This document shows, one piece after another, positions 30,351 through 53,975 of a stretch of DNA of 64,000 nucleotides (position 1 is its first letter; each line of letters begins with the position of its first letter). A model generated the notes under the pieces. It was given only the letters and a program-made list of their open reading frames with translations. It did no database searches and was not told the origin of the DNA. The position numbers and the translations under genes were made by a program. Source of the DNA: the human T2T-CHM13v2.0 reference genome, Homo sapiens. The stretch lies in NCBI RefSeq assembly GCF_009914755.1, contig NC_060931.1. One strand, written 5' to 3'.

Positions 30351-31450
30351 TATTTTTATAAAAAGTTCAAATTAATATACGTAACATGTATAAATACTAT
30401 CCTTCAGATAAAATACTAAATGGTTTTATTTAAAGTGTTCCCAAAATAATTTAAAATGGATTAAAATTATTATTGCAAGTCAAGCTTTTTGAGTGTGTAT
30501 GTTTTGCTAATATTTGAGCAATAGGAGGGTTATCAATTTCAGTGTAAGATCTACTCAAATTTATTTTATGTTATACATGTGCCTGTACCAAAGTGGCATC
30601 TGGTATACTTCATTTTCTAGCAAGTATCATGCTTTAGGTAAAAATATACATTGATTATTGGTAAGATTTGTAACACAAAATGCCAATCATGGGAAAGTCA
30701 GCCCTTGTTGTAGTACCAGCCAGACGAAATGTTTCTGATATTTTTACATAAGTGCCTTTTGGCGCTACTCAAATCATACCCAAGTGGTGACTTCCTATTT
30801 TGCTTCCCCCCAGGATATGCTGGATATATCTCTCAGAAGAGATCGTTCACTATTAAAATAAATTGCTTTCAGCTGTGAATATTTAATTGGCAATAATAAG
30901 CAGCAAAGATGGTGTAAAATATCTGTTACTAGTTAACCATGATACAAGTAGGTTGGAATCGAGACCACGTTGTCCCTAAATTATTCTACTCTTACTTGGT
31001 GGGATAATTTAAAGAAACGTCTGACTGAATAAAAACCAAAAGTCCTGCTTCAGCTGTACAATTTAACAGGAAAATACAGAAACATTAAGCAGAAGATCCT
31101 GTTATATTCATTTGGGCTATGATGTGTAATTCAGGAAACACACTCTTAATAGGCTCTTCCAGAATACAGAGGCCTCCCATTATAGCTGGCCAGGTGAAGC
31201 TTTCTGAAGGAATGAGTGACAGATGTAGTGCATCTGCATTGACCCCTGTAGGATCAAGGGATCCATCCAGGTTGATGAGGTCTTGGTAAGGTGTTGGTAA
31301 GGTGTCATGTGCAGCACCACAGGCAAAATACAGTATAAGATACTTTTCAAGAGACTCAAAAGGGTAATGAGTGTCCAGGTGCTGAGACAAACATCCCACA
31401 GATGAGAACTGTACCCAACTGACAACGCAAATTTTACACACACTACATTA

Positions 31451-31894
<444 letters not shown>

Positions 31895-33010
31895 TCAGTT
31901 GATAAGTTTCAATATATGTATGAAATATTACAATCATGATAATAAATATATTCGTTACCCTCAAAAGATTGCTCACACTCCTTTCTAATTCATTCCACTC
32001 AGATTTACCCCTGTCCCCAGACAACCACTAGTTTCTTTCACCATAGATTAGATTGCATTTCCTAAAATTTTACATAAATGGAATCATCTAGTATGTGTAT
32101 CTGTGACTAGCTTCCTTCACTCAGCATAATATTTCAAGATTAATTCATGTTTCCACATACATCAATACTCTTTTTTAATGCTGAATACTATTCATGGTAT
32201 GATATGTTAGTTTGCTTTTTCATTCATCTGTTGATGGCAATATGGTTTGTTTTCTGTTTTGGACTATTAGAAATAATGTCAATATGAATGTCCATATACA
32301 AAATTCTGTATAAATATATGCCTTCATATACCACATATTTGCAAGTCACATGCAAAATAACGTGTTTTTAGAATATACAAGAAATTCTCAAAATTCAGTA
32401 ATATGAAAACAAATGGTAATATCAATAAAAGTGAACCAAAAATCTGAACAAATACTTCACTAAATAAAATATATAGATGGCAAATAAGTACATGAAAACA
32501 ATACTTAAAATCATTAGGAAAATACAAATTAAAACCACAGTGCTATTAGTCCCTTATCAGACAGATGGTTTGCAAATATTTTCTTCAATTCCAGGGATTT
32601 CCCCCTTTTCAATCTGTTCATTGTTTCCTTTGCTATGCAGAAGTTTTTTGTTTGATGTAGTCCCGCTTCTCAGTTTCTTATTTTGTTGCCTGTACTTTGG
32701 GTGTCAAATCCAATAAATCATTGCCAAGACCAGTGTCAGGAAGATTTTTCCCTGTTTTCTGAAAGAAGTTTTATAGCTTCACATATTTGCTTTTAAGTTT
32801 TTAATCCATTTTTAGTTGATTTTTGTGTATGCTGTAAAATAAGGGTCAAATTTCATTTTTTTGCATGTGAATATCTAGATTTCTCAACATGATTTGTTGA
32901 TGAAAACGTACTTTCCCATTGTGGGTTTTTGATACCCTTGTTAGAAATCAGTCGACTCTACATGTGTGGGCATAATTCTGGCTTCTCTATTTGGCGTATG
33001 TGTCTGTATT

Positions 33011-33455
33011 ATTTTCACATTTGAACTTTCATTTTAGATACAGGGTGTACCTGTGCAGATTTGCTACATGGGAATATTGCATGATGTTGAGGTTTGGAAT
33101 ACAGATCCCCTCAACCTGGTAGTGAACATAATACCCAATAGGCAGTTTTTTTAACCCACCCTCCTCCCTCCACCATCTAGTAGTCTGCAGTGTCTACTGT
33201 TCCCATATTTATGTCCACATGTGCTCAATGTTTAGCTCTCACTTATAAGTGTGAATATGCAATATTTAGCTTTCTGTCTCTGCATTAATTTGTTTAGGAT
33301 TATGGCCTCCAGCTCTTTCCATGTTGCTGCAAAGAATATGATTTCACTCCTTTTTATGGGTGTGTAGTATTCTATAGGGTATATGTACCACTTTTCTTTA
33401 TCTAATCTACCACTGATGGGCATCTGGGTTGATTCCATGTTTTTGCTGTTATGAA
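33011..33455 (-). mobile_element. L1PA15/16-like 3' end nested in an older L1
   Basis: Antisense 3' UTR; TSD tatgtgtct[g/a]tatt at 32997-33010 and 33456-33469. Confidence 0.88.
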
Positions 33456-34047
33456 TATGTGTCTATATTTATGCTGGCACAACACTGCCTTAATTATTGT
33501 AGCTTTATAATAAGTTTTGAAATCAGGAAGTGTGATTCCTCCAGCTTTGTTCTTTCTCAAATCACTTTGACTATTTATGGTGTCTTATGGTTCCATATGA
33601 ATTTTATATTATTTTTTCTATTTCTATAAAAAATGCCATTGGGATTTTGATAGAGAGTGCATTGAATCTGTAGATTATTTTGGTAGTATGGACATTTTAA
33701 CAATATGGATTCTTCCAATTCATGAATATGAGCTGATTTTCCATTTATTAGGGTCTGCTTTAATTTCTTTCATATTTATTTTATAGTTTTCAGTGGACAT
33801 GTCCTTCACCTCTTTGGTTAAGTTTATTCCTAAGTATTTTATTTTTGATTCTATTATAAATAAGATTATTTTCTTGATTCTCTTTTCAGATAGTCCCTTG
33901 TTAGTAGACAGAAATTCAACTATTTTTGTATGTTGATTGTGTACCCTGAAAATTTACTGAATTTGTCTTTTAGTTCTAACAGGTATGTGTGGAGGGTTTA
34001 GGGTTTTCTACAAATAAAATCATGTCATTTATAAACAGATAATTTTA

Positions 34048-34409
<362 letters not shown>

Positions 34410-37399
34410 TTAGATGCCTTCCAAATCTTTTTCTTGCCTAATTGCTCTGGCTAGGACTTTCAGTTTTATGTTGAATAGAAGAGAGGATATTCTTGTCTTG
34501 TTCCCAATATTAGAGAATAAACTTTGTCCTTCACCACTGAGTATGATATTAGCTGTGAGCGTGATATATATGGCCTTCATTGTGTTGAGATGCATTTCTT
34601 CTTTACCTTCATTTGTTGAGCCCTTTTTTCATGAAAGGGTGTTGACTTTTGTCAAAATCTCCTACGTTTCAATAGCAAAGAAACAAATAACTTAATAAAA
34701 ATATGAACAAACAACCTGAATAGACATTTATCCAAAGAAAACATACAAATGGCTAAGATGTATATGAAAGGTGATCAACACCATTAATCATCTGAGAAAA
34801 GCAAATCAATATCACAATTAGGTATCACCTTACACCTGTTAGGATGGTTACTATGAAAAAAAAATAAAAGATAACCACCATTGGCAAGGGTATGGAGAAA
34901 GGGAACCCTTCTACATTGTTGTTAGTAATGTAAAACTATACAGCCACTATTGTTAACGGTATAGAGTTTTTCAAAAAATTAAAAATAGAGCTACCATATA
35001 ATCCAGCAATCCCACTTCTAGATGTATAAATCCAGAAGAATTTAAGTTAGAATCTTGTAGAATTTTCTGTGGTTTTATGTTCATTGCAGCATTAATCACA
35101 ATAATCAAGATACGGAAACAGCCTAAATGCCCATTGACAGATGAGTAAATAAACAAAGTGTGATATATAAATAGGTACAAAGGAATATTATTCAGTCTTA
35201 AAAAGAAGAAAATTGTATCATTTGCAACAACAGGGATGAACACAGAAGATGTTATGCTAAGTGAAATAAGCCAGTCACAGAAGGGCAAACAATTCCAATT
35301 ATATGAGCTATCTAAAATCATCAAAGTCATAAAGGCAAAGAATGAAATGATGTTTGCCAAGGGCTAGGGAAAACTGTTGCTCAATAGATGTAAAGTTTCA
35401 CTTACGCAAGATGAGTAAGTTCTAGAGATCCGCTGTACAGCACTGTACCTATAGTTGACACTATGGTGTTGTGTGCTTTAAAATGTTAAGACTGTAATCT
35501 ATGTTAAGACCATAGATCTTAAAACCCATGTTAAGTATTCTTACTATAAACACACACTACACAGACTACACACACACACACACACACACACACGAAATAA
35601 GAACAGAAGGAATTTTTTGAGGTAATGGTTATGTTTAATGTTCTGTGATGATGGTATCATGGAGTTATGCATATATTCAAACTCATCAAAATGTATGCAT
35701 TAAATATAGGCCACATTTTCTGTATCAATTACCTCAATTAAGCTTAAAAAATAAAATTTTTAAAGACAACAAAAAAGAACCCACGGTGAGATACCTCTGC
35801 ATACTTGTTTGAAAGGGCTAGAATTTAAAAAGCCTGGCCATACCAAGTGTTGGCAAGATCTGGAAGAAATAGAAACTTTATACACTGCTGTTGATAATAT
35901 AAAAACCACTCCTTTGGAAAACAGTTTAACACTTTCTTAAAAAGTGATATAATCATTTAACATGCGATTCAGCTATTCAATTCTTTAATATAATCCAATT
36001 TTATTTAAAATTATATATTTTAAGCTTCAGCATTCTGTAATTTACTTGATTCTCACTGTGCTAGAAATTAAAACCCATTCTTTTTCTGAACAGAACATTT
36101 ACATTTTTGTGTGTTTTTTACTGAACTAGTGTGATAACTTCAAAGCCTTTTATCCCACATCACAACCAAGGTAAAGTTGAGAAAAAGAGAGTAATTATTA
36201 ATAAACTACTCCATTTTTGCCATTATTTCAGTCAATTTGGTGAGTTAAGCATCAGAATTGTGAGAAAGGGGATCCACCATTATATTTTTTGAGAAAATAG
36301 AAAGCAGCTGTTCTCTTTTCTGTTTGGAAATCCTCCAAAAACATCTTCTAATGGATTCGGCTGTGAAATGAAGTCTACCTCTGTTCTTTTCTTTTTATTG
36401 AAACTCAGTGCCATCAAATCAATGTCACAGAGAGCTCTAAGGGGCACTTGAACACTGCAATTTTGAACAAAATATGTCTTGAGAACTTTTAAGGAGGTCA
36501 GCAAAACCTAAAAATCACTAAAGACATGTATTCATCAAAACTTTTTTGCTATGTTCCAGTAGCCTACTTCGGTGTGTTCTTACAAAAGATTGCTAATTAG
36601 GGTCAGATATTTAGCTCTGCATAAAGGGAACCCTCCTGCCCTCACCATTCCCACAAACATAAGAGAGAATATCATGAAGTTGAGGCATTAGATATGTAGC
36701 CAGATGTTTTTTGAAGGGTAAAACTAAAACTAAGTTTGAAGAGAAAAGAAATCTTTTAAGGTCACATGGGCTTTAGTTGCCTGTCATTTCATTTTAAAAT
36801 GACTAAGACTGTGTTATCTTAATTTGGGTGACATGGAATCAATATTTATTATGCACCTATTACTCTCCAGTCGATTCTAGGAACACAGAGATGAGTCAAA
36901 CATTGTTCTCCCTCTATGGACCTAACACACTAATCATGGGATATGGAAGATAGACAAATCAGTGAATATGCAATCACAAGTCACCGTGCAGTTACACCAG
37001 ACATTTGGTTTCATTTATATATTTTTTTCTTACCTAGCATCTAAGAACCTTTTCTACGTTTGAAAATCTGCTCTTGGATAAGCCTGTTTGGAAAGTAACT
37101 TCCCCAGTCAAATGGAAGTACTCAAGACTTGAATCTAGGATGCTGGATTCATTCCAGGAGTAGAAGATATACTGTCTACAACAGCCACCACTATCCAGCA
37201 GGACATGAGTACCCAGGAATGAATAACATCAACATTCTGGCTAGGCTGCTTCTGTGGTGTGACCAAGACTGAGGTCATCTGGTCATCTACCTTCTTATGG
37301 TTCCTCTCTATTTTCTGAGTTTGCTTCTCCAGACTTTGTATCAATTTTGGAAGCCACTCAAAACATTTTTTAAATGTTAATAGAGAATAATTAACAGTG

Positions 37400-38840
37400 A
37401 TGACTATAAATTAGGTGGACAGGGAAGGCATATCTAATGTGACAACATGTAAGATGAGACTTGAAGAGAAGCTGACAGCCATGTGAAGAGCAAGGGTGCC
37501 TGCAGGATGAGTGATGTGCTAAGGGTCTAAGACAAGAAACATTGATTGTGGCATAATAAGGGAGAGGGGTTGGCAAATGGGTACTAACATACTGTTAGAC
37601 AGAAAAAATAAATTGTAATGTTTGATAGAACACTAGGGTGATTATACTTAGCAACACTATGTTGTATGTTATATATTTCTAAGTGGATAGAAGAGAGGAT
37701 TTGAAACATTACCAACAAACAGAAATAATAAATACTCAAGGTGATGAATACCTCAAATACTTTGACTTATACATTCTATGTATGTAACAAATACCCACAT
37801 GTACCCCATAATTATGTAAAATATTATGTATCAGTGAAGGGGAAATTTTTTTAAAGAACTTTTTGAGGCTGATACTACAATGGGAAAGTAATGAGCAAGA
37901 CAGAGAGGCAGAGATTTGTACAATTAAAGATTTAAGGGGAGGCCAGATCATGCAGGACTTTGTAGGACATAAGGATATTAAATGTTATTCCAAGGATAAT
38001 AGGAAACTTTTAAAATAATTTCAGCAGTAGAGTAATATAATCAAATCTACATAAAAAAACACTGTGCCTTATATGTGGGGAATGGTTTGGAAAGACAAGA
38101 GAAGAATCAGGGGATAAGGTAGGAGGTAATTTCAAAAACTTTAGGTGAAAGATGATGTCAGCCTAGATTAGGAATGATAGTGATGGATACCAAAACCTTT
38201 GCAAAGGGAAGATTTGCATCATATCTTGAAATATTTCTAATTCAAGTATCAGTGCATTCGATGGTAGAATGAGGGAGGAGAAGGCTATGAAGGAAAGAGA
38301 GAAATCAAGGATAATCTAGAGATATCCCAGTGAAGAAAACAAAAAGAAAACATATGAACCTTGGAAATAGCCAAAACTGGAGGCATCTATATTTGGGAAT
38401 CACCAGCTAGAGAGGCTATTAAAGTGATGGAAGCAGATAAGGAAAAAACTGTGAGATAAGTAACTTGATTTTTTTTTTTTTTTTTTCTAAAAGAACCTGG
38501 GATCAAGCCCTGAGGAACTTCAATATTTAGAATCTGGATGAGAGCAGGTAGTGCAAGAAACTGAAAGTCGTTCAAAGAGATACAGTGAAACCAGGAGAAT
38601 ATTGTTTCACATAATCCAAAAGAACTTGATTCATTGAGGAGGAGAGAGAAGTCACCTGAATCCAGTTCTGCTGATAAATCGAAGATTAGAAAAGAAAGTG
38701 TCCATTGAATTTAGGAATGGGATAATTGCTGACATTGAAAAGAGCAGTTCCAGCAGAAAACACATTCTGGAAGTCTTATTAAAGAGGTTATAGACAAATT
38801 AGATTTTAAAGTGAGTGAAGTGAATCTAAATGTGTCAACT
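37400..38840 (-). mobile_element. L2 LINE, degenerate, interrupted by an L1MA 3' end
   Basis: ggaggccagatcatgcaggactttgtaggaca, caagccctgaggaacttcaatatttag and gtccattgaatttagg are typical antisense L2 motifs. Confidence 0.7.
37555..37840 (+). mobile_element. L1MA 3' end
   Basis: gagaggggttggcaaatgggtac...ccacatgtaccccataattatgtaaaatattatgtatca. Confidence 0.8.
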
Positions 38841-38847
38841 TTTTTTT

Positions 38848-39750
<903 letters not shown>

Positions 39751-39911
39751 ATTAGAGAAGTTTGAGTAAGAAGGAAAGCAAAGAAAGAAGATAAATTCTA
39801 GAGTTAGCAAGATACTAATTATTTTACCAAGTTAGTGCCATTCCCTGATAATGTTCCACACTTCCCACATTTCTTCTTTGGATAATCTTTTTCTAAAATT
39901 GCATCACATAG

Positions 39912-39913
<2 letters not shown>

Positions 39914-39958
<45 letters not shown>
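39914..39958. repeat. (CA)n microsatellite, ~22 units
   Basis: Direct reading. Confidence 0.98.
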
Positions 39959-39961
<3 letters not shown>

Positions 39962-39970
39962 TCTATCCTA

Positions 39971-40396
<426 letters not shown>

Positions 40397-40651
40397 CTAA
40401 AAATAAAAAAGATTCATTTTCTGTCAATACTGTAACCACTTCATCTCTCAGACTTTATATTTATCAAATATTACTTTTGTTTACTACAGCAATATTTATT
40501 CTCATCCCCAGCCAGAATGGAAGATACGGTAAGAACCTACTAGAAGGTACTCAGTGAATTTTGTTTTGAACAGAAACCTTTATTCCAGCACATATTACTT
40601 CACTGTTTCAATTTTTAAGGAAATTCTTGCCTTACTTGTAATAAATGTGTC

Positions 40652-40720
40652 ATATGTAAATATAAACTTATAAAGATAGAATATGCTAATACAATATGTA
40701 AATATAAACTTATAAAGATA
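40652..40720. repeat. 27-bp exact direct repeat (period 42)
   Basis: atatgtaaatataaacttataaagata at 40652-40678 and 40694-40720. Confidence 0.92.
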
Positions 40721-40779
40721 CAATACAATACAAGAATATGTCTGATGTGTGAATAAATTTAAAATACAAGGCACTGAAG

Positions 40780-40960
40780 TTAATGCTTTATAAAGATAAT
40801 CTCATTTAGTCTTCAAAACAATCATTACACCTAAGCTCATCTCCTATCTTCACTTTATAATTGAGGGAACTGAGGCTTACGGAGGATTACCAAGCATAAG
40901 TAATTACAAAGTTTCCACAACTAGTTAGTGGAGTTTGACCTCATATTCCTGGCCTTCTAA
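40780..40960 (-). mobile_element. MIR fragment
   Basis: atctcatttagtcttcaaaacaa...tgagggaactgaggcttacggagg...ccacaactagttagtgg. Confidence 0.7.
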
Positions 40961-40989
40961 CTCTTTCTCACTCTCTCTTTCTCACCCTT

Positions 40990-41024
<35 letters not shown>

Positions 41025-41458
41025 GGGCTCCATATCTCTTGGTCCCTTTAAATGTAGATTGGAGCTGATTTAAAAGAGAAAACTATCACAATAGCTGATC
41101 AAATGACTGATTCACTAAAGAGAGGGATTAAAATTACTTTACATCTGTTTAGTACTTTAATATCCTTTCAGATTTCTCCCATGTCCATCATTTACTTGAT
41201 CCTCACAAGTAGTTATTAAATTTATTTACATGTAATACATAGAAATGAGTCTCTAACAAAGATCCATACAAATCCTTCAAATATTGCTCAGCTATTTCTA
41301 ATTAACTCAACATAGAACTGTTTTTATTACTTTGCCATAATAGATTTCATCCAAATTTATTATATAGTGTATTTTCCCTTTTTGGACTTTTGGACTGTTC
41401 TGTAGAGTCCATTGCATATTCATAGGTTTATATATTTTGCTACTGGAAACAGAGTCTA

Positions 41459-41493
<35 letters not shown>

Positions 41494-41510
<17 letters not shown>

Positions 41511-41806
41511 TTTTTTTGAGATGGAGTTTCACTCGTTGCCCAGGCTGGAGTGCAATGGCGCTATTTTGGTTCACTGCAACCTCCGCCGCCTGAGTTCAAG
41601 CAATTCATTTGCCTCAGCCTCCTGAGTAGCTGGGATTACAGGTATTCCACCACCACGCCCGGCTAATTTTTGTATTTTTTTTTTTCAGTAGAGCCAGGGT
41701 TTCACCATGTTGGCCAGGCTGGTCTCAAAGTCCAAGCCTCAGGTGATCCACCTGCCTCAGCCTCCCAAAGTGTTGGGATTACAGGTGTGAGCCACCACAC
41801 CTGGCC
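41494..41806 (-). mobile_element. AluS (Sx/Sq-like) with a compound (TG)n(TA)n(T)n tail
   Basis: Antisense dimeric Alu; agagtcta repeated at 41451-41458 and 41808-41815. Confidence 0.95.
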
Positions 41807-42743
41807 TAGAGTCTACATTTTGAAAGTATTAGTTCTTCATTCCTCACTGTTTTTTTTTGAAATAAAATCAAATAATTTTTCCATAACTATAATTTAGACA
41901 TTTCCTCCATGATCTTAGATAATTGGCTTTAAAAGCCTTTCAAAGTCTTTTAAAGTAGCACAGTTGGATGCTACATGTCATGGTGTCATCTCTTCTCTAT
42001 ATTCTTGATTTAGTTTGAGACTATCCCTCTCAACCTGAAACTCATTTTACCCTTACCCACAGCTCAGAGTGTAAGGCATCACATATGAACCTTTGTTTTA
42101 TTCAAGTCCCTCTAAAATCACCTGCCTAGCAGGGATATTTTCAAGATTAAATAAAATAGCCCATATAAAAATATTACAGCAGTGACAGACACACAGTAGT
42201 TACTCAGTAAATAGTAGCTATTAATTTATTATTGTTGCCTTATAAATATATTTTAATAACTCCATCTTCAAAACTGGTATTTTCTCATTTACCTAGAAGC
42301 ATGCTTTATATTTTCCTAAGCAATAATTTTCTGCCTTCCCACAATTTTCAATTCCTTAGGATTAACTATCCTTATAATGTTCTTTTCATGGCTTGGTTTT
42401 TTGTTTTAAAATGTTCCATTTGCAAAACACTTTCTTATATTACAGTAATACCTGGTAGAAATTGAACCTGAGTAGTCATTATCTTAAATTATTTTCTGCT
42501 TTAATATTAAAAAATAAAACATCATACCTAAAAACAATTCTATATCAATCATGCCAAGCTCTCTTTCTTCTTGTGAAGTGTGCTATCTTCCAAATTGTAA
42601 TTATATTCCATAATACATACAGGAATACAAGATGTCCTGTAGTATAAGGATTAAATCAGATGATGTACAGGAAATGTTCAGAATCATGCCTGGGACATAA
42701 TTGCTCATTAAAAGTTAGTGTCTTACTGTGGTATCAGTGCATC

Positions 42744-43089
42744 TGTATTAGTCCATTTCACACTGCTACAAAGACATACCCAACACTGGGTAATGTATAA
42801 AGAAAAAGAGCTTTAATTGACTCATAGTTCTGCATGGCTGGGGAGGCCTCAGGAAACTTACAATTATGGCCGAAGGGGAAGCAAGGCACATCTTACACGG
42901 CGACAGGAGACAAAGAGCAAATGGAAGTGCCACACTTTTAAATTGTCAGATCTCATGAGAAATCACAAGAACAGAGTCGAGGAAACCACCCCCATAATCC
43001 AAATACATGCCACCAGATTCCTGCCTCAACACTTGAGGATTACAATTCCAGATGAGATTTGGGTGAGGACACAGAGCCAAACCATATCG
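42744..43089 (-). mobile_element. THE1/MSTA-type MaLR solo LTR
   Basis: tgtattagtccatttcacactgct...gggaggcctcaggaaacttacaattatggc...gatgagatttgggtgaggacacagagccaaaccatatc. Confidence 0.92.
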
Positions 43090-46060
43090 TTCACTAAAGA
43101 ACTGCATCTTCTGTGGCAATACCTTATCATGCCTCCAGCCTTAATAAGGAAAGTTCTAGGAAAATCTGTAATCCCTGCTTGCAGATGCAAATGAACCCCA
43201 CTCCCAGATTCTAATATCCTTTCCTATCACTTTTATTAAATATCACTGACATACTTCATCTAATAGGCCCTTCATTCTTGTGCTGAACATTTCACCTTTC
43301 CCCATCGTGCTACTGAAGAAGGCAGCGAAAGGTTGGTGCTGGCAGACTTCGGGATTTACGTGGAGATTCAAAGGGCGGCCAGGACCCTGTGGGCCCACAG
43401 GTGGCTCCTCTCCACAGCTTCATGCTATCTCTCAACTCCCAAGCTGCAACATGTTTTGTTAAATTGGCTCTTCACTCTGACTAATATCCCCATTCTCTCA
43501 TTAAATCTCTACCTGTGTCTGGAAAAACAAACAGAAAAAAGTCTAATTTTTGTGTTTTTAAAGAGTTCCATAAGGAACTGAATTTTCTAAAATTGCTTGT
43601 TTGTTGCCGTTGTGACCTAGCTGTTTCTCCTTCAACCTTCCCACCATCTTGTTTTAGTCCTATACATTCAGATATAAATCTGTGGCGTTTGTCCTTGCTT
43701 TCTAGTACATCTCTAATCACTTTGCCCTGGTCTCTACAGAAAGATTTTATGGGTAGTTCATTTTTTCTCACTTTTTTTCTTTACTTTTTTTTCTGTAACA
43801 TATGCTTTTCATTAATTTATTTGTAGCTGTAAAAAACAATTCTCTTATCTAAAATTTTTTATTTAATTTCTTTCCTTGAGACTTTTCTCTATGTTTTCAT
43901 CTGTGCTGCTCTTCTGAGCTCTTCACAAGTGGACAAAGAGAAACATTCTGATTCTGTCGGACCAGAAGTTTGCTATCTTACAGAAACCTATGCAAAATGT
44001 ATACACTTTTGTGAAGTACATTTACCTACTATCAGTAAGCAAAAACTATGACGTCTTTCTTTCTCCTTCAATTTCCATTTTTAAAAATATATATTCAGTT
44101 CCTATGGACCCACCTTCCTAATTTTAGATAATATTTGATTGCTATCACATATTCAAATATATGTCTTTTGATTTGAAGGAGTTATGTAATGCTTATTCTA
44201 ATGGACATTATTTATAACTGTAATAGTATATTTCTTTTATTGGAAAATTTTCCATGTGATAGCCACTGCACAAAACGCTTTACCAGCAACTTCTTGTTAA
44301 ACACTAACATACATTATTAATGCTCACTAATAGACAGCTTTCTGCACCTTCTTGGAACCTCTACTTCCAGCCACCCCTTGCACTTACGTAAAACTAGGTG
44401 ATCAGTTGTGGCTAGCAAGCCAAAGGGTTTATGAGTGGAAGCTCCATGCTCACTTCTGCTCCACCCAGCGAGGATGCCAAGATGCTGGAGTCCCCATTAG
44501 CTGAAGTTGCTCTGTAATTGCATGGTACAGAGCATTCAACCAACTCACAGTGCCTGTGCAGCATGCATGGAAAGTACCACGTAGTTGTGTAGTGCCATTG
44601 AGATATGGAAGACTAATTCAGCATATTCTTACTAGAACAGCCCCATGGTGAATAGTGAATATTAATCTACTGCTTCTTAGATGAAACTGAGACTTAGAAA
44701 GTTAATTCTCTGAGGCTCAGTTTGCTTACATGCAAAATAGGAGGTATACAATATTACAGAGACAAAATAGTAGATGTAATTAACTAAAACCACTTCATCC
44801 ACAAAAATAGCAGTTTATTGATGCTGTCGCTGTTCTTACTCATCATCCTGATTTTTTAAGATATTTTCTTAAAATAAGAAGAGTCTCTTTCCTTGGCCTG
44901 ATCAGTGAGTCTAAAACCAATTTCTTATTGAAATCCTTGTCCATTTTGACACGTGGGCACTCACAAACACACATATATTCATACACACTCATATACATGT
45001 TCTCTTTACTGGAAACGTTAACACTGTATGTATATTTGTATGCCCCACCATCACTAAGTTAAAAAAGTTAAAACTTCCTATGTATCATTGAATATTCTTT
45101 TCCATCCTAATGTGATTATATTTTTCTATTTGCATTTTTATTCTTTAATTAATTTCACCTTCTTTTCCCACTTGCTTTAGCTTGTCCTTCCTTTACTCAA
45201 TTTGTCAAAATGAGTCCTGTGATCCTTTGCTAGTCACCATTATCTTTAATAGTATCTGCTGAATTTATAATTCTGCTCTATATCTATCCCTTGCCTTATT
45301 TTTATTTTACAAACTTGAATACTTTCTGTTAATTTTTATTGTATTTTTTCCTAACTAAAAGAAAAGCCCAAGGAGGGTGGAGATCTTACTCACTGCCGCA
45401 TCCTCAATACTGAGAAAGGTGTCTTACATCCCAGAGGGGCTCAATGAATATTTGTTGAGCAAATAAATAAATGAATTTAAAACTATAAATTCTAATTATA
45501 GTGAAATTAAATTATAACGATGTCCAAATGTTTGAGTATGAAACGCGTATTTTTCCCCAATTGCTTTTTATTTGCTCTCAAAAACTTTATTTGATCATTT
45601 AAAAATATATATTTAAGTTTTTGTTCCTTCCTCAAGATTTAAATGAGACTATTAGTTCTTAATACTTAGGTATTTAAATATTTTACTATTATTTCATTTT
45701 TATTTATAATTATGAAATGCTAATTGTAAAATGTATACTTTTAAAAGTTTGTTTTGTTTTGTAACCAGTCACATAATGTACTTTTTTGAAAACTTGCATG
45801 AAGACAAGAAATAGGTTTACATTCTTTCTATAGGATGCAGATCTCTCACACCCTCTCAATATATATTCTTACGTGTGTCCAAAACACAATCTATATGATC
45901 TCTATGTAATCGTTTGTTTATTGATAGATAATCATAATATTCCTTATTTTTTATCTAGATCTTAACAATTCTGAAAAAGTTTTTTCAGTATCTCTCAGTA
46001 CATTAGCAACACTATGTTTATTTCACAATTTCACATTATTTATATAAATAAATTTAGCTG

Positions 46061-46395
<335 letters not shown>

Positions 46396-47249
46396 TGAGA
46401 ATGATATCTAGTTTTTTTCTTTTGTCACTGCATAATGTCCTTTAAAACTATTCAGTTTTTTAATGTCTTTTTCCTTAAAAATATAACTTGCATGTAATTA
46501 TTTTTACTTTTGTTTTCCTTTTGATTTTTGAATTTTCCTATTTCTCATGTTTTTATTTTCATACTTTGCTAATTACTTTCTTCTAAATGTCTTCATTTTC
46601 AATGAATATTTTCTAGCCATTCTCAGTCTCTATGTTTTAGCAGACACATTTAGATTATTCACATTTAGCATAGCAAATGTTATATTTAATTTTATTTCTT
46701 GATCTCACTTATGTTTCTTATTTATCTGATTGGGTTTTTGTTTACTCCTTTTTTATAGAGTTATTACACAATTTGATAGAGTTATTACACAGCCTCCTCT
46801 TGTTAATCTGGAGACTTATGACTCTCCAGATTAGTTATACTCTCATTCTGAGGACAGTCAAGAACACATATCTCTACTCTTATTTGAAAATAAAATGTTA
46901 ACTATTTCTCCCCAATTCAGGAAGAGACTTGGGGTGTCAATACTTCCCCGACCCCAACCCAATGACAGAAAAGAAATTGGCAGGCTCTTACATCTGCCCT
47001 TTTTCTCAGACCAAAACCTTGGATTCACTGAAATGGCTTAGAACTTTTCATTGCAGACTCTTACTAGATTTTCTTTGCACTATGGCTCCTTGACTTTCAG
47101 AATCTTCATTTAACCTATTAATGTTTCCTCTCTACTTTGTCTTTCATGCTCCTGAGGCCTCTGATGTGATTCATGTATTCGTTTGCTTGGAATCCTTGCT
47201 CAAATATTTTCTTCATATGGTTTATGTTGGCCTTATATTCTCTGAGGGT

Positions 47250-53975
<6,726 letters not shown>

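Noticed and set aside
31085-31443. Two overlapping minus-strand ORFs (118 and 87 aa) in unique sequence
   Set aside because: No protein family recognised and no supported exon structure; the lengths are compatible with chance.
43294-43400. Kinase-like HR...VLADFG...RTL motif in the frame of ORF 43333-43581
   Set aside because: No HRD aspartate, the HR-to-DFG spacing is too short, and there are no other kinase subdomains or convincing splice sites; most likely chance. A tBLASTn hit to a kinase would reopen it.
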